Shown here piece by piece: positions 38,571 to 53,094 of a stretch of 64,000 nt of DNA. The stretch lies in the NCBI RefSeq assembly GCF_009914755.1, contig NC_060926.1. The stretch is one strand, 5' to 3'. Below the pieces are notes generated by a model. That model saw nothing but the letters and a program-made list of their open reading frames with translations, ran no database searches and had not been told where the DNA came from. Source of the DNA: the human T2T-CHM13v2.0 reference genome, Homo sapiens. How positions within the stretch are numbered: position 1 is the first letter of the stretch; each line of letters opens with the position of its first letter. A program made the translations under genes and the position numbers.

Positions 38571-41500
38571 TCTTGTGTGTACAAGTGTGTGAGGAGTTTG
38601 TTTTAATTTTGAAAGAGTAATATGGTCAAGCAGTATTTATTGACAGATTTAGAAATAAGGTGTGTAAAATTATTAGCAATCAGAAACAGAAACATATTGA
38701 ATAACTACCACACGTAATCCACTGTTCTAGACTTTGAAAGGGGCACCAAAATATATGGGAAGCAATCTGTGTTCCAAATTATTCATAATCTAAGAGAGCT
38801 CTCTTACAAGTGCTGAGCATTTCAGCAGGATTTTAAACTGAAGGCATTATGATACCACAACACCAGAGGCAGGCCTGGGATGGGAGTGGCTGTTTCTATA
38901 GGAAGGGTATAGACAGTGCCTCCCAAAAGTCAAGCAAAGGCTGAGGATGGATGAGTAAGCTATGAAGACTGCATGCAAGTTGGGCTGGGATGGGTGTAAG
39001 AAGGTGAGGAGTCTAGAAAAAAAAAAAAAAACTTAAGAGCATTTGATGTTTAAATTAACCTGGTAATCAGAGAGAAGTAAGACCAGGTGCACAGAAGAAG
39101 ACCGATAAATTAAGAACCAGGCTAAGTTTCAGTGTAGAGATACAGGGCCTCTCTGAAAGCCTCAAAGCTGAGAGAAGGCCATAGTTAATACCAGTATCAA
39201 TCCCAAAAAAGAAGATGTCTACATCTGGTGAATCTATGTGTCCCCAAGGCACCTTCTGAGGTGGTCCCTGCTGTGGCGGTTTTCCATTAGACAAGGAAGC
39301 CACCCCTGGAGGAGGCTGGAGAAGGCAGCCTGTGGAGAGCATGGTCCTTCCAGCTCCCCATCCCGCACACACCTCCACTGCCACGGACTCTGCCCTCTTT
39401 ACATATCTGTCTGCACCACGAGACTGTTAGCTCCAAGATGACGGCAATTATTTTGTTTCTTCGAGATCATGGGCAGAGTCTGCAGTCAGGAGATGTCTGT
39501 TGAATGCTCTATTCTTGGCTGAAGAGCCAGTGGGAATAGCAATTGTCTAAAAGAGTATGTTTACAGGATTCTAATCTGTGTAGAAAGTGCCACAAAGAAA
39601 GGAAAAGGAGGAGAGAGCAATGGGAGTCTAAAGCCAACTTAGGACCCTGATGTGAAAACATTCCCCTAACACAGCTTTAGTTACTCTAAGAGCAGAGCCT
39701 AGAAATGCTCTCTCTAGGGATGCTTTTTAGCCGGTAGTCAAGTGGCCATGAGGAGCTACTCAATACCAAACCAGACTGCATTTGGATCCTTTCTCAGCCC
39801 GAGGAAGAGCCAGGCAGGAACAACTCATGAGCTAGAGGCATGTACCCAGAGCTCCCACCTTGTACCCTGAGAGGCTGTGGGGGCGTGATGCTGCCTGAAC
39901 CTTACAGCTGACAGAGCAGGAAACAAAGGAACATCCCTGAACCAGAGGGAAATGTTCTCTCCTGCTGGGCTAGCTGTACCCATTTGGAAAACAAATGAGT
40001 GCTCTGTGCACATGAGGTAACAGACTCTCCCTTGCCAGGATGGGGAAGTGCTCCCCAGGTCTGCGCTACTCAGCTTAACCTTGGGGGGAGACGTTCTAAA
40101 ATGAGCCCAACATCTCTTCCAAGTCATTCCTACTCTTTTCTTAATAAATGCTTTTTATCTGAGCCTTGAACAACAATCAGAAGTTGACAGATCTGTGCAA
40201 CAACAGAGAAGCCCCATGGGCTCCTCTCATAGAAGCAGTAAAAAGAGCCTCATAGGATAAGTCAAATAACAGCACTTTTTTAGTCAGTCCAATCCCAAGA
40301 CCAAATTCCATGGCCCTGAATATGTGTGTTATATAAGTTCAGAGATAACAGACAGCAAAAGTTGGGTAGGTCTTCTCTGAGGAGGCGACATGACAGTGTT
40401 TTCTGGAGTAAAATTGCTGCAGAAGCAAGCCATGTGACATAGGGCTTTCTCCTTTTGCTAAGTTGGAGTCAGGTCATGGTGTGCCTGGAGTGGCTGCCAG
40501 TGGAGTTTACTAGACAGGGGGCATACACAGTTACAGATACATCGTCAGCACACAGACTCACCTTCCTTTTTCCAGCCTCATCTGTATCTGATGCCTCAGG
40601 AAAACAATACCTCACTCATATACCACACTTAATTTGTCTCAGGCGGTATTCCTAGTGCTTTGCACATAATAACTTAATGATTGCTCATAACAGCCCTGTG
40701 ACTTATGCACTATTTTTATTTCCATTTTTACAAGTTAAAGTGCTATCAAGTTGGCAGACACCCTGATAGGGAATGTTTTATCTTCTAATAGGCAAATGTC
40801 TTTCAGAGCCCGGAATCTACAAAAAAAGCTAAGTCTCATTTTCATCTCTGTTGAAATCCAGATAGTCTCTAAAGTTTAAGAGAATAAATGGCATTTAACT
40901 CATTAGTCTGCAAACAACACCACTGTATATTCTATTCACCAGCTTAAAGTACAGAAGTCAGAGCAGAGGTGGGGGCTCAGGGCATAAATTTACCATCTGT
41001 GATGAAATGTAATCAGATCCGAGGAGTTTCCACTTTGAAGTCTTCCTGAATCTGTGTGGGTTACAGGTCTGAACATATCACCAGCTTTGACAGGTGGCTT
41101 TATTTTTCATTTCAAAGGGGGAGAAAGAAAGGCAAGAAAACCAAGGGAACACATGCACAGCAGAGCTTTGAATGTTGCCCTCTCCCTGCACCACCCGCCG
41201 ACAATGCTCACAGAGGCACTTTTCCCCATTCAGGTCACAAGGTCAGAGGAGCAAAAGCAGTTGCACTTGAATCTGTCCAGGGTTTTGTCCTCCCAGGCAT
41301 AGTACTGTGAAAGCAGCCTTTCTCCAGCTCAGGGTGCCCACCTTTCTCCTCAGCTCCTAGAGTGAGCACAAACTAGCCCCACATTTTGGCCAGTGCCCCT
41401 GGGGTCAGGCACCAACCAGATGGTGTCGACAAATAGAAGGGACTCACCTAGAGGAGTGGCTCTTGTCATCTCAGAGTGGGATGACCATGTTTTTAAAGGT

Positions 41501-42169
41501 TGACAGGCAGCTGCCCTTCAGAATCACTGAGTCCATGGACTGCTGGTTACAACACTGAGCCTATCTAACCAACACCCTCACATCCTAAGCAAGACAGCAC
41601 AGAGAGGGCTGAGCACTGCCAATGGCTCCCTCTGGGTAGGTGACTATAAGACTTAAATCCTGCCTACTTCTGAAAGGATTATCTGCTATTTATGCATGAC
41701 AATGGAGCAAAGCCGAGCCCTGAGTGTTGCCAGGGCAAATTCAGGCAAGCACAAGCTTGTCCTAGCCTGCCTAGTGCCTCCTGCCTGAAGACCTGAGGAA
41801 GTCCCTGGAAAGGCTGACAATCACCACATCCCGTAGCACAAAGACGCCCACCCAGTGGAGACAAGGGACACCCTTTACAAGGCAGTCCACTGGGTTGGGG
41901 AAGAAGTTTCTTCAGGGGAAATGGGTCTGGTACATGAGATCAGATCCGTCACCTGGCTTTGCAGAGAAGGGTAACTACCTGTATCCAGGAGAGGTGACAC
42001 TCAGCTTATCTTCCAACCCAATGCACTTGCTCAGGGCCAGTGCCAGAGCCCTCAGGACAGAAGCTTAGAGGGTAAGTCTCTGAAATCCTGTAAGGCTAGA
42101 GATCCTGTATGACACTGAGGCCACAAAGCAGCATAACTCCTGAGCTGAGTGCTACAGGGACAGGATTTG

Positions 42170-42690
42170 GCTTCTTTAATACATGATGTTTATTAGACAT
42201 TTTTTCTGACTACAAACGTAATACATGCTCATTACAGAAAGATTAGAGACAGTGGGAAATCACAAAGGGGAAAACAAAAGTCACCTGGAGTCTTACCACT
42301 CCGGGCAAGTGAATATTACATTTGCCCAAGTCCATTTTTTAAGCTGTGAATATATTTTTTAAGAAATAAAAATAAATACTGTTTTGTAGCCTGCCTTTTT
42401 CCTTAGCAATATCACAAGAAAACTTTCCTCCGTCTGTACGTACTCTTCCACATACGGGCTTAGTGTCTGCTTAACGTCCCACTGTGTATATGTGTATGTA
42501 TTTGTGCAAACTTCTTGTTGATCACTGGCTTCATTTCATCTTTCTTGATACTATAAATGTTCACTGAAGTGACCATGGGTATGTTTCACTTTGTGTACAC
42601 CTCTCAATCTATCCTTAGGATAATTTTTTAAAATACAGCTATATGAACAAAGGGTTGGCATTTCCTATTTTCAAGAATTTTATTACATAT
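42170..42690 (-). mobile_element. L1ME4-like 3' UTR
   Basis: tgactacaaacgtaatacatgctcattacagaaa...atccttaggataattttt. Confidence 0.65.
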
Positions 42691-42929
42691 TTAAGCTTTG
42701 AAATAACTAGAAAAGTCCTTTCCAGATTGCTCAGTTGGTGCCCTTGGCTTCATAAAGATTGAAGGTGACTCTGTCTTCCGAGTTCTGGCAGCCTTCAGGT
42801 TGCTTTTAGAATCCAGTTCCTGCCCCCAAGTGAAGTTTGATTAATGTGCGATGTCATCACTCAGGGCAAACCTGTATCCCATGATTGATCTTCGCAAATG
42901 CCCCTCTGCACTTGGTAGTATTGCAAAGT

Positions 42930-43030
42930 GTTTCAGGGCATGGATTTGGGGGTCAGCTAGGCCTGGGTTTGGGTCTCTGCTTCTCATTATTTTGTGACAC
43001 TGGGCAAATTACTTAATCTCTTTCATTTTC
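42930..43030 (+). mobile_element. MIR fragment
   Basis: ggatttgggggtcagctaggcctgggtttg...tgtgacactgggcaaattacttaatctct. Confidence 0.7.
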
Positions 43031-43193
43031 CACTGTTATTATTATTGCTAACTACTCACTCACCAGCCATCTTCACCCCTGCCCTGGATTGATAGTTTAC
43101 AATGACATTCTTATTTTAGACTTGAGATAAGAGGTATGAGAAAAATTGATAATTTTCTGGGTAGCAAGTAATGAAACAGCAAGTAGGACTCAA

Positions 43194-43538
<345 letters not shown>

Positions 43539-44616
43539 CTAGCCCCAATCTCCTACGCTGTTTTGCAAATAGGAAAAGCAAGGGAGGAAAACTGGATTTT
43601 GGCACTGTTTCCAAGTTTCCATTAGAAGTTCTTGAACTCCAGCTTTTTTCTGACTGCCTCCCTACAGTATTATACAGCTCTCAGAAGCAATGAGAGCAGC
43701 AGAAAGTACATCACATTTCCCACACAGCTTATAGCATGAAAAGATGTAAGGTATTTGACTTGCAAAGGTCTTACGGGAAATAGTGGGAGAGAGTGAATCT
43801 CACCCCTGGGCAAGAGAGAGGCAGCTGAGCTCTGCCATTGGTACAACTGGTATTTTGTGGACCCTGCCTTCAAAGTAAGACAGGGGTTGGGTAAGGATAT
43901 TGGGGTCACAGTAACAAAATGGGGGATATAAGCTAGAGAGTTACTCTTGAGTATCTATTGCTTCAGCTTCACCAGTCACTATAGGCTTGTGTGTCCTGGG
44001 AATCACCATTGAAAATGAAAATCAGTTAAACCTGTGGTTCTTGGACTTTGTGAACAATCACAAATCCTTCCAAGGAAATGTTGATATCTATGTCCTCTCT
44101 TCCCAGAAATTGTTGCAAATATATGGGGGCTTCATGAAAACCCATCCTATGATCCCAAGATAAAAACGCAATGTAAAGTAAGAATGACAATGGAATTAGG
44201 CACTGAGACAGGTTTAGCACAACAGCTGGGCTCTGATTTAAGTTTTAAGCACTCTGAACAACAAAAAAGGGAAAGTACATTGGTTTAATACCTATAAATC
44301 CAAAACATTTAAATCCATCTTTGGAGACACATTTATTTCTAAACTTAAATTCAAGGGAAAAAAATTATCACATATATTTTAATAGCACACAATCCAAAGT
44401 CTTCAACTTTGATCCTCTTTGTGCATTGAAATGCACCCTATGAAATAAAGAACATCCCTCTAATGACCTAATTAACTAGCATTCAAGGATAAGTAAAGAT
44501 TCCTAGTGTCCAAGATCCCTTCTCCCTGGTAAAAGAGAATCCTGTAACTCATCATCAAGAATCCCTTTCCTAGGACATCAAGGCTAGGACCTGATTCAAC
44601 ACCCAGCACACTCACC

Positions 44617-44760
44617 CATTCATTCATTCATTCATTCATTCATTCATTCATTCACAATGTTTTTCTCTAAGGGCCTTCTCTATGCCAGAAGTTGGATTAG
44701 GCATCTGCAACAGGAATTGATAGACAACAGATGAGTGAATAAGATATGGTCAGAAAGAGG
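44617..44760 (-). mobile_element. L2 3' end with expanded (CATT)n tail (44617-44654)
   Basis: About 9 CATT units then ctatgccag...atgagtgaataagatatggtc. Confidence 0.7.
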
Positions 44761-45399
44761 CAAATTGGTGAGATGTGATCATGTTTACCTGTGAATCCTC
44801 ATACGACTAGCAGCAAGTCTACGTTATAGAAGTGAGTTTCCGCGTACTGTGCGGAACTCTTGGCTTCATACCAGCCAGAAGCTCCTTAAAGGTCTGGCCA
44901 TCGTGTCTATGATACCTGAAGTCCTGATGGTGTCACTGGGTGCTCAGTAAATACTTGCTTAGAGAAGGCTTCTCATCCTTTCTTGAATAGTCAGGTCTTT
45001 CCCTAAGCCTATGGATGTTCTGTTTGACCTCTTCCAGGGCTGGAATGGGCCTTGCTTAGTTCCAAGCCTGTTCCTTCTAGTGGGGCTGAGACAATGCTTC
45101 TCTTCCATTCCTGATTCTCAGTACTCCATGTGGCCTCCCTGTCACTAGGCACCAGCCAAGTCCTGCAGCAAGGGACCCAGACCAGCGCTGCTCATGCCTC
45201 TGACTTCTGCTCATGGTTTCTCAAAAGTAAGAGAATGTTACCAAAGCTTATCTTTCCTTTTCACTTTTAGCTTCACAGAAGAGTTACAAAGGTCATTCTT
45301 CCTCTCACTGGATGAAGCAGAGAGTGGGCCTGTGGCAATCAGGAGTCAGGTCATGACAATGACAGACTCTTGATGTTTTTTAAAATAAATATTGAAATT

Positions 45400-45502
45400 C
45401 CTTGTAGTCCCAGCTAGCTACTCAGGAGGCTGAGACATGAGGATTGCTTAAGCCCAGGAGTTAAAGTCCAGCCTGGGCAACATAGCAAGACATTGTCTAA
45501 AA
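45400..45502 (+). mobile_element. FLAM-type Alu monomer fragment
   Basis: tgtagtcccagctagctactcaggaggctgag...gcccaggagtt...ccagcctgggcaacatagcaagac. Confidence 0.85.
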
Positions 45503-45598
45503 ATTTTTTTTCAAATGAAATTCCCATTTTAAAATAATATTTAAGGTAAATATTGAAATTATTAAATTAATAAGAATATTAAAACCTGATTTCATTAA

Positions 45599-45911
<313 letters not shown>

Positions 45912-46164
45912 TCCTGTTCCTATTTTTAAGAAAAAGTTCCAATCTCTAGTTTCAGGTATTATACACCACAACTGTCATTCTGGATAAACTTTGAAAAAGC
46001 AGAACAATATTTAGCATAATTCTTCCTAAAATCAAGCCTGCAGGGAAAATATCCTTATAATTTAGAATTCTGTAATATGCTTTCAGCTATGGAAAATGTA
46101 AAAAGCAAAGTCAAGAGACATTCTAGTCTGCACCAGGACCTGGTTCGTTACAGTTCCATGTAAC

Positions 46165-46710
46165 AATAATAGTTCACATTTGTGGAGTGCTCTCTAAATA
46201 TCAAGCGATATGGTGAGAGTGTTACACACATCATCTCATTTAATCCTCAATAACAACCCTACAACTGAGTTATTATTATTCTCTTTTCACACATGAGGAA
46301 AGTGAATTTTAGAGGTTGGTTTAAACATTTGTAAATGACAGAGGTGGGATTAACATCCAAGTCTCTCTGACTCTATAGCTCAAAATCTTACTATACTTAA
46401 CTACTGTGTTATATTTAACTTTTGCCTCTTATAAGGTGAAGGACCAGATTCTTCCATTTCTGTCTTCCACTTTCCCATGTAATCTGCTACATTCACTGCA
46501 AAGGATGTTTTGGTTATGGTTATTATCAATGTCATGATTAAGGAAAATTATTACTATTGATAAAACCAATGTATATATGTATTGTTTATAGTTTGTAATG
46601 TACTTGCATAAACATTATATTACTAAATTTTCCACAACTCTATGATATGGGTATTGTCCCAGTTTTACAGACAGAAAACTGAGACTCAGAGCATTTAAAT
46701 GACTGGTACA
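46165..46710 (-). mobile_element. Two MIR copies (about 46165-46410 and 46550-46710)
   Basis: atctcatttaatcctcaataacaacccta...atgaggaaagtga; cccagttttacagacagaaaactgagactcagag. Confidence 0.75.
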
Positions 46711-46734
46711 GAAAGTGTCAACCTGCCATATCCA

Positions 46735-46829
46735 GGCAGACCCTGTACTCACAGTACCTTGATAGTGAGAGCCTCCTTAAATTTTGTGTACAAAATACCT
46801 CCCACTTGCCTTACCCTAGGCCTGCCCTG
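46735..46829. mobile_element. MER91-like hAT-Tip100 element
   Basis: ctccttaaattttgtg...cacttgccttaccctaggcctgccctg. Confidence 0.65.
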
Positions 46830-48974
46830 AGGCAGAACCAAAGCTAAGTTCTCTTGTTTATGCAGGTTACATTGGTTTCTATTCAACTTATAAGATATTA
46901 ATGGTCCTAATCCACTGGAAAAGATTGATTCTGTAAGTCAACAATGAGTGAGGAAGCCCAAATACAAATGCAGCCAGAACGCCAAGATGGTTGACAAGAT
47001 GAAGCTTCTCCTTGGGCCCATAGACTGGGAGGATATTGGAGACAGTGATTGTGAATCATTTATCTCTGTACTTCCAGCCTAGGCCTTGGACCTGACACTC
47101 AGAGGATGCCTGATACTTTTTGAATAATGAATGAGTAAATCAATGAATCCAACAAACAGTGCTTGAGTTTGGAGTTATTCAGTATCTTCTTCCCCTGATG
47201 CTTCCTCTTTCGACTTGTTCTCAGTGCTTGGAGAAGGGGGAAGGAAGAGCAGGAAGCCTTGCCAAGCCCCTTGCCAGGGAGGACACAAGCGAAAGAAACT
47301 TCAGCAAAAGCTCCCACTCCCAACCTCTCTGGTTGTCATGTCCCTTTGGCCCTTGCTGACTCAGTTCCCTAACCTTCAGATGCCTCCCCTCTGTCCTCTT
47401 GGAGGTGGCTGAGGAGAAGTTCTTGCACTCACAGGAGAAGGCCATTCATTCACCTTGACTTTCCTTTCTCAGAGTATTCTCTGGGAAAACTGAGCCCTTT
47501 TCATCTGCAATGTAGGAGCTGCCACCCTTTGGAGAATGTCAAGATCCAATTTTACATAAAGGGTTTCTTTTATTTCTTATTTCTATTTAAGGGAGAAAGA
47601 GAAGCAAGATTGATCCCAGTTTCTAACACAGATTGAAAATGGAGTTTTGCCAATTTTCTGTGTTTTACACTGCCATGCTCTGCTGGCCAAGGTAGGAGAG
47701 AAACAAGCAGCCTGTGTTCCTAGAGCATTTTTCTGAGAGCAGAAAGATGTCAGTTATTTGGATAATTGAGTGTCTGGCTGAAAATTTACCTGTGCCACAT
47801 CTTTGAATAAAAAGGGTTTTGATTTAAAAATATCAGCAAAACAAACAGGATAACAAAGTAGAAATTTCTTTCTGATTTAATGAAATAACTATTTTTATGA
47901 ATTATATAAGTAATGTTAATTATGATCCAATTCAATCTGCTTATTTAAACATATTTCATAAAACCCTCTATTAATCAGGAAGCATTTATTAGTCTAGTTT
48001 GGGTATACAACTGGCTTTCTTGGCTTTTGTTATCTTTGACAATTCAGATTTGTTACCAGAGATTGTCCACATCAGTGAAGTTTCATGAGCATTTTACCAG
48101 GGAAAATGTCTCCTGGAAAGATCCTGACACAGAGTAATTTGTCAGGACCTGCCCTGGCTTGAGAAAGGTGAAGAAGCTGCCTCACTGCTCTGAAAGTACA
48201 GGGTAGGTACACTGTGAGCTGTGGAAGGGAATGGAATGTATATGGAAAAGTCTTTTGACAGAGTTCCAAAACAGATGAATCTCCACTTGGTTTTGCAATC
48301 TTCAGTAGCATTGAGATCTTTCAGCATGCTGCTTCACGTGATAAAATTTTTAAAAGAGGTGAAGAAATTGGCCTGTGATGCAATAATTCCATCAGTGCCC
48401 CAAATATCTTGTAAACAAGGAGAGATTTTGAGTGTAGAGTGACTCTTTTCTTTCAGGAGCTTCCAGGGTAGGGTGGTGCTGAAGGAAAATGTTGACAAAG
48501 AACAGGAGTCTGATGAGGGCACTCTTCCTTCCTGCCCAGGGAGTCCTGCCAGCCATTCGTGGGCACCCTGACTCCCCTCACTAAACAAGTCTGGACTCAG
48601 AGCTGAGAAGGTATCCAGATGCTCCCTGGCCACACCATTACTATTGGCTGTAAGTTTAAATTATCTGTCTATTAAGACACCCCTATTCATGGATGAGGGC
48701 AACAGAAAGCTAGCAAAACTGGGAAGGTGAGAGAACTCAGGTTTTCTGACACTCAGCTGAAGGAATTTACGTAATTCCCCTCTGCTTTTCATGGCCTGGC
48801 CCCAGGTGTTTGTGAAGAAAACATCAGCATATACCACCAATATCAATCATGCATTTTTATGCATCATAAGTAGGAGCTACACCATGATTTACCAAATAAC
48901 TAGCCTATGAATGCCTTGTGGAGTCTCCTCTTCTCTCATCTCTCTCACTTTCTCCCTCTTCTCTTGTGGCTACC

Positions 48975-48986
48975 CACATACATACA

Positions 48987-49031
<45 letters not shown>
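48975..49031. repeat. (CA)n microsatellite with CATA interruptions
   Basis: Direct reading. Confidence 0.95.
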
Positions 49032-49033
<2 letters not shown>

Positions 49034-51399
49034 ACGTATTATCTGAGCTCCTCTTCAAAATCATCCAGGACCATGCCCACTAAAGTGGTCTCTCCACCCA
49101 ATGAATTATCAAGCAATCCATATTCTAGAATAATATTTGAGGAGGCTGACGGGCAGTGTGTGCATGCTTCCTGGCCTTATTCAATCAAGCATTCTGCTCT
49201 TGGTTTACTGTTTAATCCACCTTGAGCCTTTAGGTTTCATAAATGAAGTTCGTGAATAATTGCTCGGATAAGAATGGAAGATACGAGGGCTAGTAAGCCT
49301 CCTAATTTGTAAGATTGTGTATGCAAACAAAAAGTACCATTCTGGCTTAATGTGGTGTGGAGTATTATTCTCTCCACCAGAGATGTCTTGTTACTCCCAA
49401 AAGAATTGGAAGCTCTTAATCGAACACCTCACTACCTTTCTCAATGCCTTGCACTTAGTTGGCATGTGCTTAGTTAAGATATTCTGGTTGATGGGATCAT
49501 TTCAGTGTACAAATAAGCACACAGCAGTTATGCTTCCCTCTCATCGCCACTTACATCCTCCATCCCACAGCCTTTCAGGAGTCCTGGGTAGTCCCAGGTC
49601 AGCCCAGCTAATGGGGGGATTAGGGATAAACCCCATTCTCTCTGTTTCCTCAGCTGCAAACAAATGGGGTTGGGCTTCCAGCCTCTAAGAGTCTTTTCTA
49701 GTTTAACCCTATGGGTTTATGCAGCTCTGGACTTTTCAAAGATCATTCAGTGAGTTCCTCAGACAGCAGTCTCATAATTTCATTTTCAAATTTTGAATGA
49801 GGATTTAAGATCAAGCTTTTGGAGTCTCATTAGTCCTTATGGCCTCTTGTTACCACCTTGATTATCCAAGCTCTTTTCTGCCACTGAGAAAATGTAAACT
49901 CCTGTTCTAGGAGTTATGCTGTGATCTACTAAGAGCTGCTCCCCCTGATCCTTCCTGCCCTGCAACGCTTTCCAGTGATCCACACTGAACTTCCTTCTCC
50001 TGGGCCCTGAGATGACGGCCTCATCCCACTCAAGCCCTCAGCCCCTTTCTCTTCTCCTGACCTGCCCTAGGATTGCCCTTATCAGCCCCAAACACCCCAG
50101 GCACTGGCTGAGTGGCAAAGACACCTCACTGCCTCCTACACAGCCTTGATGCCCAAGCCCCACAAGACACCACTGGTTCATTTGAAAGTTTTGTTGTTAC
50201 TGTTTGGTTTTGTTTGTTTGATTGTTATTCATAGGCCACCTTTCCTTCCCTCTTCATACACACCACCTACCTGACCCTTTCTTCCCCAACATGGCCCTTG
50301 GGCTCACCCAGATGTTTTTCTGGCTGACAGCTGGAAAGCCAACTGGAGTGTCAGCTAGAACCTGTCAACCCAGCCAAGGAGCCTTATGTTTTCCAAAGGG
50401 GAGGAGCCCCTTCCCAGACACACTGCCCTCTTCCCTGCCCCAGGCCATGGGAACACTCCATGGGACCTCAGAGCCATCTGGTCATCTCTTCCAGGACATC
50501 ACAGTGACAGGCCCCTGCTTCAAAAATATATCTGGGTCACTTTGCACACCCCACACATTCAGGGACCGGCATGTAGTTGTGACCAGTAAGTTATAATGAC
50601 TCAATGAGTAGCCATTTGGGCCACGCTCCTGCCTCCACACACAAATTCCTCCAACTTCTCATTTTCTCTGTCTTATAAGCCCTCAGCTTCAAACTCTTTC
50701 TCTGCATGCCATGACTGGTTTTTCATCCTCCCCCATCTGTCCCCATTCTGCTCTCACTACCTACTGTAATAATATTTGTGAACTACAAGTTACCCCTCTA
50801 GGATTTGAGCTAAGCAGTGCTGATTCTTTTGCCTTTCTTCACAAAACTTGCCTTTTTACTATTATCTTCCTTCTACTTGGACTCTCTCCAAATGGTCCAC
50901 CTCCCTTCTGAGTTGTAAAGCTGAGAAAGAGGTTTGGTTTGTAAGGCCAAACCATTAGGTTTTATCTACTCAGATGGGAGCCTCTGAGAGTTCAGCTTCT
51001 TGCTCTCAGAAGAGAGCATAAGCTTCAATTAGCCAGAATGACAAAATTACCCTGAGAGCAGCCACTTCTTCTTGGCGCTGGACCTGGTTGCCTTGAGGTG
51101 TGAACACTGCTTGCCATTTTACCAAGCCTGTTTTCGGGGGTCTTGTCACAGTGAAATCTGTAACTTTACAGTCAAGGTGGGAATTAAGGGGTGAGGGCAC
51201 GATGATCCAGGATACTAGTGTGGTCTCTGCACTTCCACTGAGAGGCTTAGCATCCTCCTCTGTTTACCAAGGCCTTTAAGAAATTATTATTATTAAACAC
51301 CTAGGATTGTAGGGTTCATGAGTTGCATGATAGGAAGGCTTAAGCTCCAGTTGTCTGAGTTGCTTTTGGAAGAGGATCAAACCCATGCTGAAGCCCCTT

Positions 51400-51900
51400 C
51401 CCGCCTGACTCACAAGGCCATTGTTATTGTATTTAGCTTTGGATAAACTTTCCTATGGAAGGTGACTGCTCACAGCAGTTCATTTGAAATGTGCAGGCTT
51501 AGATCTGACTTCATGTGTGAGCGCAGGCCTGTCATCATGCATTCCAGGTCACTCTCCGAAATGAATTTGTCTTTCCTCAATGTTTCTCAGAGCCGGGGAG
51601 CAGACATTCCTCCGGCTCTGCATTAATCCAATTACTAAACACCTGCAGACATGCAATAACAGTTTGGGTGCCAAAAGCCTTAGAAATGGTTTTATAGCAG
51701 AATGTAATCTGCTGTCCTGCTATCAGGAGTCACATTACACACCTGCCAAGATCCAAGCCAAAAAAATAACACTCATGGTTCTCACTCCAGGCAGGAATGT
51801 TCGGTACACATTAGAAAGACAACGTGACAGGCATTTGAGTTTGACAGCCACGGACCCCATTAAACATTTTGAACTTCTTAGTAATTGTATTCAAAGTCAT
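51400..51900. promoter_or_regulatory. Candidate enhancer (AP-1 plus three TEAD motifs)
   Basis: TGACTCA 51406-51412; GCATTCCA 51539-51546; ACATTCCT 51604-51611; AGGAATGT 51793-51800; non-repeat DNA. Confidence 0.4.
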
Positions 51901-52774
51901 TTCAGTACTAAAACGTTTTAAAGAAAAGTATGACGAAACAGTATTTTTCTTCCAAGGATGGTTAAGGCAACATCCCCTCTCAAAAACTAATTTAGTGAGC
52001 ACGATGGCTCATGCTTGTCTCCTGTGCTTCAGATTATGTCAGAGGTGGCTTCTTACCAGAGAAGCTACAGGATGGCCCATGGCCACAAGGACACCTGAAC
52101 CTGGAAAATAACCTCATCCCACCAACTTACACAACCTCACTGCAAAGCCACTAAATTGTTTAGGTATGCACAAACTGATGACACTTGGTTTTCCTAAGGA
52201 TCCTAAAATCAGGGGGGCTTGGAGAGCCACGCTGATACTTTACTCCAAACACAGCCACCTCCAAAGAAGCGAGAGAGGACTCTGGAGAGCTCTTTTTTAG
52301 AGAGTCTGTCAGAACAATCAGAAACATGTCTTGACTGAGAATGATTAATCCTTTTTTCCTGAACTGATTTTGAAGAAATTCTATCACTGCTTATATAGTA
52401 AGGAATTCCTTAGTTCCATGTTTTTCACAGGAAACAAATTTCTCTATAACCAGATCTGCCATGTTATTTAATTTCCACCAACCTGAGTTCCCAAAGGTTG
52501 GGGACAGTGTCTACTCATTTCTACACAGCTATGACCTTGTAGAGGCTTTGCCTAGAATATAGGGGGCCCTCGGGAGATGTTAGCTGAATGGATTCCTGGG
52601 TAAAAGGACATTTCCCTCGTTGTACCCCACAGGGCTGAGCACAGGCCAAGGCAATGTAAAGACGTCCTTTCCCTCCTCCTGGTCACTTAGTCTGCATAAA
52701 GAAACCACTGGAGACACCCAGGACCAGGAAATAAGAGTAGTAATGTCCTGGCGAACAAGGTGAAAAGGGCATTA

Positions 52775-52779
<5 letters not shown>

Positions 52780-52809
<30 letters not shown>

Positions 52810-53094
52810 AGGGTCTCTCTCTGTCAGCCAAGTTGGAGTGCAGTGGTGCAATTTCCAATCTCAGCTTACTACAACCACCACCTCCCAGGTTCAAGCGATT
52901 CTCCTGCCTCAGCCTCCCAAGTAGCTGGGACTACAGGCATACTACCACCATGCCTGGCTAATTTTTGTATTTTTAATAGAGATGGGTTTTCACCATGTTG
53001 GCCAGGCTGGTCTGGAACTTCTAGCCTCAAGTGATCTGCCTGCCTCAGCCTCCCAAAGTGCTGGGATTATTGCCATGAGCCACCGCGCCTGGCA
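52780..53094 (-). mobile_element. AluS (Sx/Sz-like)
   Basis: Full dimer with long poly(T); TSD ggcattaccttt (52768-52779) / ggcatcaccctt (53096-53107). Confidence 0.95.

Noticed and set aside
47518-47534. CTCF-like motif (minus strand CCAAAGGGTGGCAGC)
   Set aside because: Three consecutive departures from the core consensus; not supportable without ChIP data
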